A stretch of 64,000 nt of DNA from a virus: IMG/VR virus record IMGVR_UViG_3300017766_005733, positions 67,626 to 131,625 of that record; one strand, 5' to 3'. Within the stretch, counting starts at the first letter, position 1, and each line of letters opens with the position of its first letter. A program made the position numbers and the translations under genes. Of this stretch, positions 61,500 to 64,000 are shown piece after piece. The notes beneath the pieces were generated by a model. That model was given only the letters and a program-made list of their open reading frames with translations. It made no database searches and was not told the origin of the DNA.

Positions 61500-62129
61500 A
61501 TGACGAGACAGACCTTTCAGCTGTTCCCCACCAAACTGACGTCGAGGATCATCGACGATTCCGACATGACGGATGGCCTTTGGGATTTGGTTCATCGGCA
61601 ACAGTACACTGAGTCATCCAACCTCTTGACGCAAGACGACGAGAATCTGCGGAAGCTGGCTGGATACGTTCACGAAGAAGTGTCTGCGTATCTGCGTCCG
61701 GAATCGGACATCGAAGAATACGAAGTCGGCGCCTTTACGTTCGCCAACAACGGTAGCTATGCCTCTGGCACCCTTGCCCATGGCCACTCCGGTCATCTCG
61801 TTGCTCTCTTCTACGTCCGCGTGGATGCAGACAACAAGGAGCCCCTCTACATCAGTGACGCCAAGGAATACTGGGGGACGGAGCCCGGCAGGATCACGTT
61901 CCACGATCCACGATTCAACGGCCTTTCTGTGCAAGAGACTCAGTTCTTTCGCATCGCCCCCGTCACGGGTCAGATGGTCGTGTTCCCCAGCTATCTCTGG
62001 CACTCAGTGACGGCGCACGACGCCAAGAGAGCGAGATTGGCGCTCGCCACCAACCTGCATCTGAAGCGCAAGGACGACACCTACGTCCACGCTCCTCTTG
62101 CCGGCTTCATGTCACGGCGTGGACCCTGA
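61500..62129 (+). CDS. Putative 2OG-Fe(II) oxygenase (TIGR02466-like)
   Basis: LFPT, AHGH...LFYV, GRITFHDPR, GQMVVFPSYLWHSV, RLALATN. Confidence 0.85.
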   Translation: MTRQTFQLFPTKLTSRIIDDSDMTDGLWDLVHRQQYTESSNLLTQDDENLRKLAGYVHEEVSAYLRPESDIEEYEVGAFTFANNGSYASGTLAHGHSGHLVALFYVRVDADNKEPLYISDAKEYWGTEPGRITFHDPRFNGLSVQETQFFRIAPVTGQMVVFPSYLWHSVTAHDAKRARLALATNLHLKRKDDTYVHAPLAGFMSRRGP

Positions 62130-62136
62130 AGATGAC

Positions 62137-62165
62137 TTGACAGCCGGCGGCGGAGGCTGTAGGCT
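62137..62165 (+). promoter_or_regulatory. sigma70-type promoter, predicted leaderless
   Basis: TTGACA-N17-TAGGCT-N7-ATG (62173). Confidence 0.7.
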
Positions 62166-62172
62166 CCGGGGC

Positions 62173-62514
62173 ATGAACCAATACACCTCCGCCGCCCCCT
62201 TCAGCGTCAGCTACCGCAGCAACCCGCTGCCCCGCGGCGAATGGCTGCAGGACTTCCGCGGCGAAACCATCCGCGTGCGCCTCGGCGACGACGTCAATGG
62301 CATGGACACCGTGTATCGCCTGCGCATCAGCCGCAACCGCGTCGTTGAGCAGATCACGGAAGTCGGGGGCGTCTACCGCGCCAGCCTGTCCGGCAAGTTC
62401 CTCGCCGAGATCCGCGAGATGATGCAGGACTACGGCGAGCCCCCGTACTACTTAAGCTACGACCTCGTCAACCGCCACCGCGACTACGGCAACGGCCACG
62501 TCGTCATCGACTGA
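62173..62514 (+). CDS. Hypothetical protein
   Basis: ATG 62173 after the promoter. Confidence 0.7.
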   Translation: MNQYTSAAPFSVSYRSNPLPRGEWLQDFRGETIRVRLGDDVNGMDTVYRLRISRNRVVEQITEVGGVYRASLSGKFLAEIREMMQDYGEPPYYLSYDLVNRHRDYGNGHVVID

Positions 62515-62521
62515 GGAGACC

Positions 62522-62851
62522 ATGAACATGTTCGCCCGCTTCATTCACCTGCTCGCCTCCCTCTTCGACGACGACGGCCGCGAACTCTGGCGGCTGCGGC
62601 GGGAGGTCAAGCACCTGCAGAAACGCAATCGCCGGCAGCAGGCGATCATCGACGATAGCCATCACAACAACGCCATCCTGCGCAGCGAAGTGACGGCACA
62701 GGCCAAGGCGCTGCGGCGGCTCAAGGCGGGCGAGAGGAAGCAGCCGCCGGCCGTCACCTGTTTCCGCTGCGGGAAGGCCACCGGCGTCCCTGAGCGCCAT
62801 GAAATCTATTGTCGCATGAGCGAAGAGCGCGACGCCGGAGGCCGGCAGTGA
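62522..62851 (+). CDS. Hypothetical protein (coiled coil plus CxxC...H..C)
   Basis: GAGGAG SD. Confidence 0.7.
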   Translation: MNMFARFIHLLASLFDDDGRELWRLRREVKHLQKRNRRQQAIIDDSHHNNAILRSEVTAQAKALRRLKAGERKQPPAVTCFRCGKATGVPERHEIYCRMSEERDAGGRQ

Positions 62852-63621
62852 CGCCCGAGGAGAAGCAGGGAACCGACGTCGGCTGCGACCACTGCCGCAA
62901 CCGGCTACAGCAGGCAGAGGCGGCAGCCAAGGCGCTGGCGAATCAGCTGCGTGAAGACACCCGGCGTTGGCGTGACAGCGGCCTGTCGCTGGAGGCTATC
63001 CGGGACCTCGTCAACCGCTGGCAGTCGGAGGACATCAGCTTCGGCAAGCTGGTGGAGGAACTGCGACTGGCGGCATCGGTGGCCGCCGCCGATCAGGCGC
63101 AGTCGGTGCTCGATGGCATCAGCCGGTCGCTGACGGCAGCCGTCAAGGGCAACGACGCCTTCAACGACCCGGCGCCACTGCACTGGAGTCAGGCGCTGAA
63201 GCTGGCGTGCGACGAGATCGAGGAGCGCGACGAAGCACTGCGCCTGCTGGCGACGCGAGTCGAGGCGAAGCGACTGGACGATGCAATCACGGAACGCGAC
63301 GAGTACCGCGCCAAGTGGCTTGCGGTCACCAACGAGTATAAGCCGGGCTGGGTACAGGGGCTGGAGGCGGTGGCTCGCTCTGTGGGCTACGACCCAGACA
63401 AGGCGCGTCACGAGGGCGTGGAGCCGCCCGACTTCATCCAAGACGTCATCGAAAGGCTTCAGGCCGACAACAGGTATCTGCGCGGCAGCCTGTCGGAGAT
63501 ACGATCCAACATCTTTCAGGTGCTGGAAGAGCGTCACGAGGTTTACATGCTGCGGCACTACCTCCGAGAAGCCGGCCTTGCCGCCCACAGAGCCCTTGAC
63601 AACGGCCGCAAAGTCCCGTAG
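62848..63621 (+). CDS. Hypothetical coiled-coil protein
   Basis: GGAGG SD, GTGA overlap. Confidence 0.7.
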   Translation: MTPEEKQGTDVGCDHCRNRLQQAEAAAKALANQLREDTRRWRDSGLSLEAIRDLVNRWQSEDISFGKLVEELRLAASVAAADQAQSVLDGISRSLTAAVKGNDAFNDPAPLHWSQALKLACDEIEERDEALRLLATRVEAKRLDDAITERDEYRAKWLAVTNEYKPGWVQGLEAVARSVGYDPDKARHEGVEPPDFIQDVIERLQADNRYLRGSLSEIRSNIFQVLEERHEVYMLRHYLREAGLAAHRALDNGRKVP

Positions 63622-63624
63622 CCT
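63596..63624 (+). promoter_or_regulatory. sigma70-type promoter, predicted leaderless
   Basis: TTGACA-N17-TAGCCT-N6-ATG (63631). Confidence 0.7.
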
Positions 63625-63630
63625 GCGGTC

Positions 63631-63921
63631 ATGAAGTGCCAACACGTCACCTGCTGGCAGTGCGAGGACGAGGACAGCCAGCGGCTTCGGGAGAAGCTGC
63701 GGTGCATGGCCGAGTGCCTGCGCGAGGCCCAAGAACGCCAGCGGCTGCTGGTTGACCACCTGCAGAAGGCCCGAGACTGGGTGCAGCAGTACGTCTCGTT
63801 GCCCCATGAGCCGCGTTGCGAGCGGTTGATGGAGATCGGCGATCCCTGCAGCTGCACCGCCGCCTACGCCCTCCGTGATCTGGCGGCCATTGACGCCGTA
63901 TTGGCGAAGGAGAAGCCGTGA
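63631..63921 (+). CDS. Hypothetical Cys-rich protein
   Basis: ORF directly after the promoter. Confidence 0.65.
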   Translation: MKCQHVTCWQCEDEDSQRLREKLRCMAECLREAQERQRLLVDHLQKARDWVQQYVSLPHEPRCERLMEIGDPCSCTAAYALRDLAAIDAVLAKEKP

Positions 63922-64000
63922 CCGACCTCCTCGACGAGATCAAGGCCAAGTGGAACATTCCGGCGACGCTGCCGATGGCCGTGCCGTGGGGCAAGGACGA
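63918..64000 (+). CDS. Partial ORF at the window end
   Basis: AAGGAG SD, GTGA overlap. Confidence 0.5.
   Translation, partial: MTDLLDEIKAKWNIPATLPMAVPWGKD

Noticed and set aside
1-64000. tRNA, rRNA, CRISPR array, integrase, diversity-generating retroelement, stop-codon recoding
   Set aside because: None recognised by eye, and genes tile densely under the standard code; tRNAscan and Infernal were not run.

Overview
A 64-kb segment of a large, GC-rich lytic phage with a contractile tail (myovirus type). The host cannot be determined from this window. Positions 1-32 kb hold a transcription, replication and recombination block: sigma70-like factor, SF2 helicase, GroEL, SbcC-like ATPase, RuvC-like resolvase, class II ribonucleotide reductase, metallophosphoesterase, DnaE, gp32-like SSB, UvsY-like protein, RecA, primase, DnaB-like helicase, dUTPase, RNase H and a RecD/Dda-like helicase. 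Positions 32-57.5 kb hold minus-strand tail and baseplate genes, interrupted by plus-strand cassettes of small genes. Positions 57.6-64 kb hold small early-type genes. The most striking locus is dnaE (15475-20980). (i) It is broken in two by a free-standing EndoVII-type homing endonuclease, and the break lies inside an intein-like (HINT) half-domain with no splicing residues. (ii) It carries a complete 349-aa intein starting with Thr, whose Vsr/DUF559-like endonuclease is a separate gene overprinted in the +1 frame with its own Shine-Dalgarno site, while the intein frame stays open through it. (iii) A further HINT-like remnant sits in the PHP domain. A candidate transcription system is also visible: the phage sigma lacks region 4.2, a stand-alone sigma4-like protein lies elsewhere, a SAATCTT motif precedes the structural genes, and a family of TTGAC-N17-TAGNNT promoters implies leaderless mRNAs. 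All family assignments come from motif recognition by eye; no database searches were run.
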